Shown: positions 22,364 to 35,534 of the stretch, piece by piece
Layout: each line of letters begins with the position of its first letter
Position numbering within the stretch: the stretch's first letter is position 1
NCBI RefSeq assembly: GCF_001194135.2
Contig: NC_068989.1
Coordinates: 69,130,969 to 69,194,968, forward strand
Origin: Octopus bimaculoides
Taxonomy: Eukaryota
Direction: 5' to 3'
DNA: 64,000 nt
Made by a program: the position numbers and the translations under genes
Notes under the pieces: generated by a model
The model's input: the letters and a program-made list of their open reading frames with translations, nothing else
Told to the model about the DNA's origin: nothing
Databases searched by the model: none

Positions 22364-23228
22364 CAGAGTGCGATGAATAAACTGTCATCTAAATTATGCA
22401 AAAATGAAAATAACACTGACATCTCATTTTAACAGGTATATTTACCAAAATTACATAAAAATAGCTTGAAATACTAAAGAGTAAATTTATTCAATAAAAT
22501 CACCATTGGCTTCAACCATGGCCTCTAGACGACATCGGAATCTCCTGCAACTCTTCTGGATGGTCTCCTTCTTTAAGTTGGTCGATGCTGCCATAATCCC
22601 TGCCAGCAATTCATCTTTGGTGTTACAAGTTTTGCTGGTATCTCACTCAACTGTGCCCCCACACATAATAATCAAGAGGGTTTGCAGTCTGGGGAGTTAG
22701 GTGGCCAGATGTTAGGGGTGATGTGGTCACAGAAATTGTCTGACAGCCATGACTGGGTTCTACTTGTGTGGCATTGCACAGAATCCTGTTGCCAGACATA
22801 GGGTCTTGCAGCAGCCACCCTCTTGATCCAAGGCAGCACTACCTCCTCCAGGCACTTGATGTAGGCCTATGTGTTGAGTCTGAGGTCATGTGGGAAGATG
22901 AATGGAAGTATAACATTGCCATCACTAGTAGTCACTCCAAACACCATTATGTTGACTGGATGTTTGATTTTTATCACTCTTGGTACATGTCCTCAGACTA
23001 ACACCCAAACACTCTGAAATGTTCGTATTGGAGCTTCCAACACAAATGCCAAGCAGAACAACACGTCATTTCCAAATTTTTGGCAGAATGAATTGCATCA
23101 TGGTGCTGCTTTCCTCAAAGACGGTGCCCAACTGATCCTACTAAATACTGTGTAGTCAACAAAATCAAAAACAAACAATGCACGAAATTAAAAATATAAA
23201 ATGGCAACAATTTATCCATTGCACTCTG
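22364..23228 (-). mobile_element. Tc1/mariner superfamily transposon (maT/DD37D-like), internally deleted
   Basis: TIRs cagagtgcgatgaataaactgtc / ggcaacaatttatccattgcactctg. Minus-strand peptide remnants YVWQQDS..HTSR..QSWLSDNF..IWPPNSPDC..DYYVWG...RFRCRLEAMVEANGDFIE. Confidence 0.85.
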
Positions 23229-23440
23229 TGTGTGTTTGTGTGTTTATGCTTGTACCCACCATAACTTGACAACCAATGCTGGTGCATTAAGTACTAGGCT
23301 TACAAAGAATAAGTCATGGGGTCGATTTCTTTGACTAAAAAACCCTTTAAGGCAGTGCTCCAGCATGGATGCAGTCAAATGACTAAAAAAGTAAAAGAAT
23401 ACATATATATATAGTACAAAAACAAAACAAAAAAAATTAC

Positions 23441-24005
23441 CTGCCAGACAACATTAACTAGAGAAAAAGTGTAACAGACTTCTACAGGTATTTTTTCCCC
23501 AGGTTTCAACTCCCTTTCAGGTAAAATTAATTTCTGACGGGCCTTTCTCCCTCGCACTCTCTTCATAAGACGGGTCTTCAGTGCAGGACCATGCTGAAAA
23601 GCTCTCTTCCTGCGTAGCGAAGAACTAGAAGCATTCGAGTGTCCAGATGCAGAAGCTTTATCAGATTCCTCCTCGTCTTCTAGTTCCTCGTATTCTTCAA
23701 GATTCTCAATTTCATCAATGCTTGTCACACACACATTATCACTGACTTCAGGTACACACTGGTCGTTGGCATCAGGTGTCACTGTTGACTCGTTCTCATG
23801 ATTTCCATCTTTTGCCTTCTTCATATTATTTGGTGTAAAGCCATTGACTAGGCTGTTCTTACAAGCATCCCCTCCATTTTGTAAGTTGGGGGGGTTGTGA
23901 TATTTTGGTTGGCTGTTTAGTACAACATCACTCTCCTTGATTGTATAGTAACATTTGTCTCCAATTTGAATAGAGCTGTGGTGAAACCAATCTAATTTCT
24001 GCATT
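23441..24005 (-). CDS. UBE2O: UBE2O exon (phase 2-0)
   Basis: MQKLDWFHHSSIQIGDKCYY...acidic/Ser-rich linker...RKRAFQHGPALKTRLMKRVRGRKARQK...LKPGEKIPVEVCYTFSLVNVVWQ, similar to human FDHAQRQLGERC and FKPGDRVAVEVVTTMTSADVMWQ. AG acceptor, GTAA donor. Confidence 0.93.
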
Positions 24006-24261
24006 CTAAAAAATAAAACAAAACCAATTTAAATTACATTAAACATTTAATTGCTGCAAAGGAACCCAACATTTATTAGCGTGAAATAAAGAAATAACAC
24101 AAGTTAAATAATGTAAACAGAGCTTGAGCTTTGTCACCACATGGTTTCAGGTTCAATCTCACAGTACAACATGTTGGGTGAGTGTCTTCTACAATTCTAC
24201 AATAGCCCCAGGCCAACCATAGCTTGAGGGAATTAGGTGGATGAAAACTGTACGGAAGCCC

Positions 24262-24264
<3 letters not shown>

Positions 24265-24335
<71 letters not shown>

Positions 24336-24345
24336 TGCGTGCGCG
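24265..24345. repeat. (GT)n microsatellite
   Basis: Long near-perfect GT run ending in GC-containing units. Confidence 0.95.
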
Positions 24346-26219
24346 TGTGCCTCCATTTGTCCTCACACTCTACACTATCGCTTGACAACTGTTTGTTTGT
24401 TTGCATCCACATAATTCAACAAGGCAAGAACAGATTTGTTCTCATAGAGATGATACAGGCTGTATATTATAATGGCCTTTAAACCTGGACTGCTTGTACT
24501 AAATTTTATTCAAATGTATTTTGCACACGAGAAAACAAAAGCTCACAAATGTTACTGTAGCCACTGTGCCTGTTCCATGCAAATTCCTAACATTAGATGC
24601 ACAACTGACTGCTAACCTTCACATCTCCAACTAACTGCACAGCCATTTGTGGTAACACACAATCCTTATTATTTATTGATCAACACCAAAACTTTTTTTC
24701 CCAAAGTCCTTCAACTTGAAAAAGAATTAAGTCAACAGCGAAGAAAGGATTAACTCTTTAAAACTGTTCTTAAGACTTCATTTTTATTTTATATCACATC
24801 AGAAGAACAGTAGCACTATTGGTTTCAAGTTTCCAATAGGCTTAATCACAGTGACAAAGGAGTGAATGTAGCTCAGTGAAGAGTAAATATCACAAAGAAC
24901 TTCATTCAAAGAATACTAGATTTTAAAAATGCCTCTTGGCTGTATTTTACATCCAATGCTGGAGAAAAATGGTATGTGTGAATGTGTCAAGGTGTCACAC
25001 TGGAATTCAACCTAAACAACAAAACTGTAAAGCAAACTTCTTATACCGCATGGCTATGCTTGGCCCGAAGCAGTCAAACATTGTAATGCAGAAGATACAG
25101 TTGCATCAAATAAAGGTCATATCATCATCTTCATTTAATGTCTGTATTCTATACTGGCATAGGTTGAACAGTTTGACAGAATTCAAGGAACCAGAAGACT
25201 GCATTGAACTCTTTATAGCAGCTTTGGCATGATTGCTACAGCTGGATGCCCATCCTAATACCAACCACTTTACAGAGTGTACAGGGTACCTTTTTACATA
25301 GCACCAACATTAATAAGGTTACCCAGTAACTCACAAGACAAGACCCTCCATGACAGAGTAGGGGATGCAGTATTGAGGGAGATGACTTTGTGTCAGGTGT
25401 TCAGAGGTTAAAGTATGTTAGAGGGACAGGAACAGTGGTCTTGTTGCAGAAGAAATACAAAATACATGGCTACTTCAGAAGGAAAGGGAGAAAGGATGGT
25501 AGAGATGAGGTGTCAGGGTGTGCTCTTGAAGTACAAGAAGGTGGGTATAAAAGAGAACAGGGACAGAGAATTGAGGATGACAGAGTGTTTATGAGAATGC
25601 TAAAGGAAATTGACAAACAGAGATGAAGATAGAAGTGAATGGTAAATAAGGATGGAGGTATAGACAACAGTGAATCTCAGTTAGGGAGAAGGTAAGGAAA
25701 ATAGGAGTAGGTCAGGGAGGAGCAATCACATAACAGTAAAACAGTAGATAGGTAAAAAATGAGGAGATGATGAGAAGTCTGGAGAGAGAGAGAGAGTGAC
25801 AGAAATGGAGGTCAAAAGCACATAAGGGTAGATATAGTGAATGACTAAATGAAAAGTAAGAACTGATCAAGCAATTAACATGAATAGATTAATTTTAGAT
25901 TTTTTTTTTCTTTTTTTTTTTCATTTTTTTTATTGCACTGCTCAACTAAATCACCATTTCCTATTTCAGCAAACAATACAAGATATTACTAATAGTTTAA
26001 ACAAATCAAATGCCTAAAAATCTGTCTTTAATTTTCAATTAGTTTTATCTTTATCATAACTTTGGGAACAGAAATTATTTTATAGAAAGAGGGAAAAAAT
26101 AAAACATTATGATTGATGGACAATTTTCTGTTCTTATAAAGAGTAGCAAAGCATTTTCAAGGTTAAATTCAGATAAGTTAAAAGAAAAAAGAAAAGATTG
26201 TTATGGTGAATATTGTTAC

Positions 26220-26323
26220 CTTTTTATATCGTCTTTCTTAACAATAAATGGTGGTGCTTCAACATTGGAACCATTTTTAAACCCACAACAAGACCAATGC
26301 ACTTCAACGTCTTTGGTTTTCAC
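26220..26323 (-). CDS. UBE2O: UBE2O exon (phase 0-2)
   Basis: VKTKDVEVHWSCCGFKNGSNVEAPPFIVKKDDIK(R), similar to human VQVVELKVTW...PPPSVITQENLGR. CAG acceptor, GTAAC donor. Confidence 0.88.
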
Positions 26324-27841
26324 CTGAAAATAATAATCTATTTATTGACAATAAACTATGACTATAGATTCATGTTCAAAATATAACTTATATTTCTTTT
26401 GTTAAAAAAATGACCAAATTAGTTCAAAATACTTCAAAGAGAATATATACTATTTCTACCAGCACTAAATGATTATATATGGCTTCATCATGATTTCACC
26501 CCATGATAATGTTTTTTTTTTTTTTTAATCAAACAACTAAGTTGCATTGACAGTAATCATCTCAGCTGAGATCAGCAATTAGTGCACAACAATGGTTCAG
26601 CATATATTTACATCAACTGCTTTAACCAGTTTACAGCAGTGATTCATTCAGTTCCCTGTGCACAGTAATGGTAAACACACCGACTGAGGTCAGTTCTCAG
26701 TGCGAGATAATGTTCAGTATATATTTATGTCGACCGCTTTTGTGCAAGAACTCTTTATTTACCCAAACTATATCCCTGTGCATGATGCTCCTGTGATATT
26801 TTTCCTGAATCAGATCACTCAACAGCACAAGTCAGATCAACTTCATGTATTTACAATCATGTGAATTCAAAACTTCACTTTAGTTTGGTAGAGTTCAAAG
26901 CAGGGTACCACACACAGTGGCATATCACACTGTGAACAATGGCATCTAGTTTCCTCATTTCCTTTTAATTTATACACTATGCATCTCTGAAACATTTGTC
27001 TTCTTGGTAGTGGAGGGAAACAGTTGTGGAAAATGTCCATGTCCCTTCACCATGCAGTGTGGGGATGTCCACACATTCTGTACTTTGGCAAATCTGATGC
27101 TTCTATCATTTCTCGGAACAACAGATTCATACCTTGGAAGAGTACTTCTTTACTTATTCACCCCTGAAAGGATGAAGGGAAAAGCTGACCTCTACCAAAT
27201 TTGATCTCAGACTACTAATAATCAAGACAAATACCACAAAGTATTCAATCTGCCATTTTAATGACTGCCAACTTGCTGTCTTAACAACAATGGTAATTAC
27301 AATAAAAGTAATAATGTTGCTGTAGCCACAGTGCCTTGTGGTAAAAGATAATGATATCTACCATGCTGAAAATGTTGATGGATGTTCAGCATCATCATCA
27401 TTTAATGTTCAGTTTCCATGCTACTATAGGTTGGACAGTTTGACAAGAGCTTGTAAGCCAGAGGACTGTGCCAAGCTCTACTCTCTGCTTTGGCATGGTT
27501 TCTATGGCTGAATGACCTTCCAAACATCAACCATTTTACAGAGTGGAAATGTGGTTGAAATAAGGGAATCCAGCTGTAGAAACTATATCAAATCAGACAA
27601 TAAAGCTTGGCACAGTCCTCTGGCTTACCAACACCTATGCAAATGTGAAAATTTGAATATCCCAGACATGCTGACCTGGGCAAAAAAAGAAAAGAAAGAA
27701 CCTAATTGAAAAGAATTGAACTTTAGAAGCTCAAGCATAAAAAGTGATGCAGTCTACAATTTTACTGTCAATAATGGGCAGAGTCAATAGAAACAATGGC
27801 TAAAAATGAAAATTAGTTAATTATTTGATGCAAGAGCTCAC

Positions 27842-28000
27842 CTCTTCTACAACTGCAATAACATTCATACGAGGTTTATTGTGTGCAGTGTTTTTATTGT
27901 AAAGATGAGTCGTGTGAATCCACTCCACGTCTCGAAGGTCACCCATCACACCGCGAAGCTGTTGCCCAGGATAATAATACCGGTTTACAAATTCTGTATG
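27842..28000 (-). CDS. UBE2O: UBE2O exon (phase 0-0)
   Basis: HTEFVNRYYYPGQQLRGVMGDLRDVEWIHTTH...MNVIAVVEE, similar to human FYPGQVLIG...VQWL...RVVVEE. Strong pyrimidine-tract acceptor, GTGAGC donor. Confidence 0.9.
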
Positions 28001-29729
28001 CTGAGAAAGAGAGAAAGAAAGAAAGAGAAATGTAATAAAGATGATTATGCAGCAGGATTAAGACAAAAAAAAAAAACATCTAAAATTGTTCTAGTGCTTA
28101 AAATAAATGAAATTTCTCATGATGCACCAATTAAATCTAACCTCTCTCAATCAAACTAACAAAAAATCCTCTAAGTAGTCACTCAATCCAACTGAAACAG
28201 CAGTGAAATCTCACTCAAATAGTGCTACCAACTGAAAAAAAAAAACAAAAGTAAAGACACACTGGTTAATGCAGTCCACAATAGACTGCCTGAAAGAGAG
28301 GACAAAAATTATCCCTTCCATTGTAGGCACAAGGTCTGAGATTTTAGGAGAGTGGCTAGTTGATTACATCAACCCCCAGTGCACAATTGGTGATTATTTC
28401 TGAGCCCTAAAATGATAAAAGAGAAAGTCAACCCTGACAGAATTTGAACTCTGTACAAAAAAATGGATGAAATGCCACTAAGCATTTTGTCCACCATGCT
28501 AATGATTCTGCCAGCTCACCACCTTGGAGAAGACAAAAATAAAGACAACCAAGTGATATAGCTGGACAATGACAGCTAAAGTACTTGATTTGGGGTCTAG
28601 TTCATTAGAGCTTATCTGGAAGGGACCAAACAACAACTTCCTTTAAATAAAATAGCTATTGAAGCGTCATACTTAACATTTATACATCAAACGAAAGGCC
28701 TGATGCTGTGGCTTGTGTTAAGTATGATACGTAGATGGCTATTTTAATTGAAAGCTCTTTCAATTGCATTCACTGACTTTTTATGCAGCCTGGGCAGCTA
28801 TTCACTATATCAGTAAAAGTATTATTCACAGTTTCCTATAAAATGGAGGTGAAAAAGTTTCATTTATGCATATTGCTGCGAATATATATTATTGACATAG
28901 CCTAAAAAGGCTGAAATGCATCTAGCATTCACATAAATCACTGCTAAGATGATTTCGTTTTGTCATGCTCAAATATATATTGTGTTTATAACATCTCATG
29001 TCTATGATGAGATTTTATCTCAGACAAACTACAGCACCATGCCTTTCAACAGTGTCTGTAAAGTACAATACACAGATGGTTATTTCAATTCAATACCATT
29101 TCAATTGTGTACACTAAGTTGTCCTTTTATCATACATTCTATACAAAAGTTCAACCCAAATCATCAGTAAACTTAGTTACTTTTTTCTTCTTCTAAGCTT
29201 CATTTTAAAACATTTTCTTTTCTCTTACGGTTTTTCATCCATTTTAACCCCCCCCCCCCCNNNNNNNNNNCTACCCCTAACTATACGGGTGGGAAGATAC
29301 ATTTGTTGGGGGTGATTAGCTCACTTTACAACTTAATAATTTTCCTACTGCTAGGCAGTCAATCATGAAGAAGAAGTGGAACCTATTTTTCCTCTAAGTC
29401 AAGTAAATTGGAGCTAAGTAAATTCAGAGCACAACCCAATGAAAGTAATCAAATCTAAGCATGTGACAATGTGCCCAGCACCTTAATGAAGCCCCATGGT
29501 TAATTACAATAACTGCTACCTAGAAACTATAGTAATGATTTATCTCGACTGCTCTTCTCTTACTGGTAATTAATTAGTTGATTATTTTGATTAATCTTCA
29601 ACTAATTGAATGCTATTTTAATACAAGCAAAAGTTGAAGCCAACTTGTGATAAAATAAACGCCAAGCCTTATATGCAACATTTATGGAGGATTATTTCAA
29701 TCGCACATTGTTTAAAGACAAAGACCAAC

Positions 29730-29790
29730 CTTTCCTCTCTTTTCATTGAGGTCTTCAAAGCTAAAGATGTCAACATCTTGAATCTCACAT
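29730..29790 (-). CDS. UBE2O: UBE2O exon (phase 2-0)
   Basis: CEIQDVDIFSFEDLNEKRGK. The 61-nt length exactly bridges the phase-2 and phase-0 neighbours. TTTTAG acceptor, GTTGGT donor. Confidence 0.75.
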
Positions 29791-31955
29791 CTAAAAGACA
29801 ACACATATTTTTTTTTAAAACAATTACAAGCAGATGAAATAATATTAAAGTGGAACATACATTGAAAGAGGTTACAATTATATAAGATTAGATTAGAAAT
29901 AATAACTCAAGAGCTTAGCAAAATTAACAACATATATAACTATCTATTGATACTAACATTATGATCAGTAACCATGGGAAATGTGGAGCCAGAAAAAACA
30001 AAGATGCTGGCAGTAACCTTGGAAAATGGAATCATGCCAAATGTCAATTTTACAGCTGTTCGGAATAATTCAACTTTATGACCTTTATTACTTCACCAAG
30101 TGGAGAAAAACAGGCAGTTAATATTAATGACAAGGAAACTACAATTGACAGGATCAAAGTAACTGGTTTCTTGAAGCAAAAAAAAAAAAAAATTGTGCAA
30201 TTTAAAAATTAAAAGTAATTGAAATTAAATATTCAGGTATCCCCAGCATACTGTGCTAACAGGACTAACATTTACCATGCTAGTACTGTGCATGACAGTT
30301 GCCACATTTATTGGACAAACCCAATTAAACACACAAACAGTAGCTTAGATGTAGGTAAACAGATGCTTGGTAACGACTGACAATTGCAGTACAACAGAGC
30401 ATTATTCTCCTCTATTAGTGCAGGCATGGCTGTGTGGTTCAAAAGTTTGTTTCACAACCATATGGTTTTAAGTTCAGTTCTATTGGACAGCAAGTCTCTT
30501 CTACCAAAGACCTGGGCCAGCTAATACATTGTGAGAAGATTTGGTAGGTGGAATCTCTGAAGAAGGTAGCCATCTGCTTTTGTGTTTAGATGCAAGTGTG
30601 GCTGTGTGGTTAAGAAGTTTACTTCCCAACCATATAGTTTCAGGTTCAGTCTCATTGCATATCACTTTGGGCAAGTCTCTTCTACTATAGACCCAGGCCA
30701 ACCAAAGCCTTAAGAGTTAATTTGGTCCATGGAAACTGAAAGAAGCCTGTCATGTATGTTTGTATGTATGTGTATGTTTGTGATCCCTTGTCATGATATC
30801 ATGTAATACTTGTAAATGAGTGTCACTGTCATACAAGCAAGATCATTCACTTCCAATCTCCATGTATACAGGTCTAGCTATGAGGAAATACTATGTTGCT
30901 TGGAAACAGTTGAGAGATGGCAACATGAAGGACATCTAGCCATATAAGATCTGTTGCAATAAAACTTTGTCTAACCTATGCAAACATGGAAAATCATCAT
31001 CATCCAGTGTTTTAAATCCAGGTTTTGTCCCCGTTAACGGGGGTGGCCAGATCTACCTCAATGCCTTAGTAACTGAGACAGGTAAGTGCAGCCCACCCCA
31101 ACCTTTGGGTTGGCTGGTGCCCATTCTCCCTTGCTGTCATGAGGCTTTTTTGGAGCTGGATTTTCTACAGGGAGCATGCCCTTGCTTACCTCCAACCTCA
31201 GTTTCTAGACATGAGTGGTCCCGAGACCAAGGCCTCTACCACAATTTTTAAGAAATGTGGTTGTAAACTAGCTCAGGAAGACAGGGATGCTACTCCCTGA
31301 GACCCCTTTCAGAGCCCCCACCACCACCTAAGTGAGCATAAAAATAACAATGGTGGTGATTTGACTCTAGGTATACTACAAAATCTAAATTATTTTCATC
31401 TTTCCAAGACAAAAAAGAAAAAAAAGAGGTTAAGTCAATATCAATAAAATTTAATCTCAGAACAGTCCCTAATCTACTCAAACATTGACCATTACTCAAA
31501 GTTGAGTGGTTGGTATTCATAAAAGATATAAACTCGAACATAAAAGTGAACCACTAGAATCCACAGTAACAAATGATGACCTGCTATCATTAGTTACTTT
31601 TATAATTAGTTATTTACAAATAGTAAATTTCATCTTTCTCAAACAAAAATGGTCCAGCCCAAAACAGACTTCTCTTCATCATAGCAAAACTATTTGATCT
31701 GACTCCACTTTGTGAATGTTGTATAAAAATATATTAGTTGACCGATTGTTCTGATAAGGTCTCCCATATCAGAAGTGGGTTTGATGGGTCTGCTATCCAC
31801 AACATAGCACCACTTTTATCAATCCCAAATACTTTATCTGAAGTTCATCATCAAACATGACCATTTTTTTTACTTATGTTTTATATACATGAGAGCAAAT
31901 GAAGATTTTTAAAAAAATATCGAAGAATTACATATTTAAACAAAGAAATGCTTAC

Positions 31956-32056
31956 TTAGCACCATCTGGAAAACGTAATGTTACAATCACATTTACGACA
32001 TCAATTCGGCCAACCCAAGAATCAAGTACAACATCACCTGGTTCTGGGCTCCACTC
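31956..32056 (-). CDS. UBE2O: UBE2O exon (phase 0-2)
   Basis: EWSPEPGDVVLDSWVGRIDVVNVIVTLRFPDGA(K), similar to human GDYIAYDCWLGKV...LKLSNGAR. TTTTCAG acceptor, GTAAGC donor. Confidence 0.88.
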
Positions 32057-33296
32057 CTGAAAACACAAAATATATCCATGTCAAAAACATTGTAAATTTG
32101 GTTTAAAAGCATAAAAGGGGAGGGAGAACCTGACAAATATAAACGACAGCAAAGGATGACAGTTTTTTCAGTTACTGTATATTGCATATGGGATGCACCT
32201 TTTCTTTTCTTTTTTAATATTATTTACTTACTTTCCAATTGATGCATGAGACTTAGAGTATCCATGCTGTTTTCCATAAATCATGAAAGATGCATACCAT
32301 TATTCAGTAACAGTAAGATAGAAGTGATGTTCAACTCTTTTTATCCTAACTGTACCAGCAGACAAAATATCTCATTTGTTATGCAACCACTAATCATATC
32401 CTGTCAGTGCTTAACCAAATCGATCAATGCTTTCTTTAAACTCCTGGCTAATATCAATAAATGCTTCTTTAAACTTCTGACTGCTGAGTTATTTCACAGC
32501 TGGCAGTCAGGAGATATAATTGTTATAGTGGGCACATTTTAAACATGAATGTTTGTGACATGTAAGTAAAATTACTTGAAAACAAAAAACATTGCTTATG
32601 TGATGTTACATTTAAATTAAAAGCTATACGATTTACACAAAACTACATCATTAACAGTAAAACTGCAGTAATAACCACAAAACTGCAGCTGAATTTGGCT
32701 CTTCAGAGAAACAAGTTGGAGACTGGCTAAAATTTTTTAAAGAATTTGAAATACTCTGAACTAAGAAGGGATGGTAGGGTGACGTATCCACCTGTCTGGC
32801 AGAGAAACAGCAGCTAAAAAAAACTGGATTCTTGATCTGAGACAAACAGAATAGTTACATTGTAACAGTCGGTGCCATTCATCTGAAAGGTGAGGAATTA
32901 ATCCTGCAACCTAGCTTCAAAGCTTCTGCAGGCTGGTGTACAGACCAAAAGTAGCAAAAAAAACCCTCACTTTCTCTGTGCAATCAAAAGTTTTTTTGTT
33001 TGTTTTTTTTGGGGTCATCTTTATCATGTCCCATTGTTATAATCTACACTTCACTAACCTATCACTATCTTATAGTTCATCCAAACTTAGCCTGTTCCAG
33101 CTCAAATTAGTTAATGCTTATTTCTTATTCAGACTTGCCTAGTTACCAAAACTTAAATAATTCCACTGTTGTAGTCCTTATTCATCCTTATTCAAGACAA
33201 TAATTTTACTCATAATAAACATTACAGTCTAACTTTAGTAAAGTAGTCAATTTTCACTTGTTTCTGAATCCATGGAAATTAGTTAAGTATTCAGGT

Positions 33297-33590
33297 GCAG
33301 GCATGGCTGTGTGGCAAGGAGCTTGCTTCCCAGCCACATGGTTCTAGGTTCAATCCCATTGAATGGCACCTTGGGTAAGTGCCTTCTACTTGCCAACAAA
33401 AGCTTGTGAGTGGATTTAGTAAATGGAAACTGAAAGAAGCCTGTCATGTGTGTATGTGTGTGTGTGTCCCACCACTTGACAATCAGTGTAAGTTTGTGTA
33501 TGTCCCTATAACTTAGTAGTTCAGCAAAAGAGACCAATAGAATAAGTACCAGGCTTTAAAAATAAAAGTATTGGGGTCAATTCATTTGAT
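33297..33590 (+). mobile_element. tRNA-derived SINE
   Basis: gcaggcatggctgtgtggcaaggagcttgcttcccagccacatggttc...gaaactgaaagaagcc, followed by (TG)n and the common 3' module. Confidence 0.75.
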
Positions 33591-35434
33591 TAAAACAAGT
33601 AAAAGGCTTAAAGACATAGCAAAGCATAGTCAGATTTAAAATAAAATCTGAGACATTCCTAGCAGCACTGTACAGGTATCAAACTTATTACTATCAAATG
33701 TTGGCCCTTGGAATTTGCTTCACTTCAGCTGCCATCAAACCAAAAATAAATAGCTTAAATCTAGATAGAAATGCTTCCTAGCTCTTGCCAGGGTGAACTC
33801 ATTTGTAATATGGTGTTAGTTTGACAATCATTAAGAAATTAATAAAATACAAAAAAAAAAAAAAAACGAGTTTCTTCTTAGTATCATAGAAACCAGGAAT
33901 ATTAATGAGGGTTTTAAAATGTTCCTTACTGCCACAGGAGGTTCAATATCTATTAGCCATACTAGCAACAACTTGGAGTGTATCCCTAAAGTTTCATTTC
34001 CCAGCAATAATGTTTTTAACACAAATATACTGCATACTGAATCTTAATATTCATACTCAGCTGGTTTTGTATATTGGTAATTAATAGTCAGTGTTTTAAT
34101 TAATTATTCAAAGAACTTTCCATGTTTTAAATATTAAAGGCTTAAATATTTTACTTGAATTGTTTTTTAAGTTAATAATTGAAAGAGGATCAGGAAATTT
34201 TGAAGAAAGCTGGTAAATTTTTGGTAAAATGTTTAACCAAGAATTAGCAGCGAGTGAGAAACAGAAAGGAAGGTTTTTACAAGAAGTTCTAAATGAGATT
34301 GGAATGAAGCCAGCAAATATTAAGGGACAAAACAGGAAACACAATAATTGTAGAATAAAAGCACAAAAGTGTGTAGTATTTGAAACGTTTAAGAAGGAGT
34401 GAAGAGCAAGAGTAAGAGTGAAGAACAGTTTATTAATCAGTTAGATAGATAGGTTTTTCCTACAGACAAGTAGTGACTATATATCAATAATTTATGTATG
34501 AAAACTAAGTATCAATAACAAAAAAGGTTTGAAATAAGCATTGAAAAATATCTCAAGGACAGTTAAGTGACTGTTGATTAATACATAGAAACGAATAATG
34601 CAATGTAATTATCATTAAGAATTAGAAGTTTCTTGTACAATTACAGGGATAGGAATGCAATCTTATAGAGATTTCATTTCAATTGTTGTTTGGGAAACAG
34701 AAGAGAAAACATTATTCAATTTTTCTGATAGAACAAGTACATTCTATGTATGTCACTGAACTCCATTATACTACATACTAGAAATACAAGCTTTACCTTT
34801 TGATATTCAAACAGAAGAATGAGAACAATAGTACAAACAACAATAACAATATTAGAATGAAAGAGAAAATATAAAGAAAAAAGGAAAACAACAAGATAAA
34901 AAAAATAATATTCGAAGGAGGAAATGCCATAGCAGTTGATGAATTGTTTTTGCTTTCCAATTTATAAACCATTAAATATGTATAAATATTCTGGCAATTA
35001 GCAGTTAGTAATTGTAATTAAGAGAAAACTAAATACAGATGTAATGATATTGCATGTATACCCAATAATGAATAAGAAAGCAAACCTTCCCTTTTATTCT
35101 CAGTCAGCACCCAAAGAGCAGCCAGGGAAGCCATTTATCCTCGACCCAGAACAGCAAAAAGGACCAGTTCCAGTATAGATGGATAATTCCACAACTAAAG
35201 AAAGCTTAGACAGACAACTCTTCATTCAGTTGGCAAGACAAGCTGTGTTTACCTTGTCTTATAAGATAAGATTCTTGTTTGCTTAAACCAAGAAATAAAT
35301 TCATGTTGAGAATGAAATAATAAGCAGGATAGAATAGGATGCTGCATGTAATTGATAAAGTACAGATCTAAATATGCATTGGATATATCAGATATTTCCG
35401 AGACTGCTTTTTTTTTTTCCCTAATCGTTGTGGC

Positions 35435-35534
35435 GTGCAAGAGAGACGATTGCGCTGGTATGGACATGTGGTGAGAATGGAGGAGGATAGCTGCGTGAAA
35501 AAGTGCCACACCCTAACAGTTGAGGGAACCCGTG
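35435..35534 (+). mobile_element. RTE-clade LINE fragment abutting a gap
   Basis: RLRWYGHVVRMEEDSCVKKCHTLTVEGTR; the same nucleotides ACAGTTGAGGGAACCCGTG occur at 7818-7836. Confidence 0.75.

Noticed and set aside
28691-28707. CGAAAGGCCTGATGC inside the hairpin resembles hammerhead core words
   Set aside because: The core lacks G8-A9 (CTGATGC) and there is no stem II/III arrangement or NUH site.
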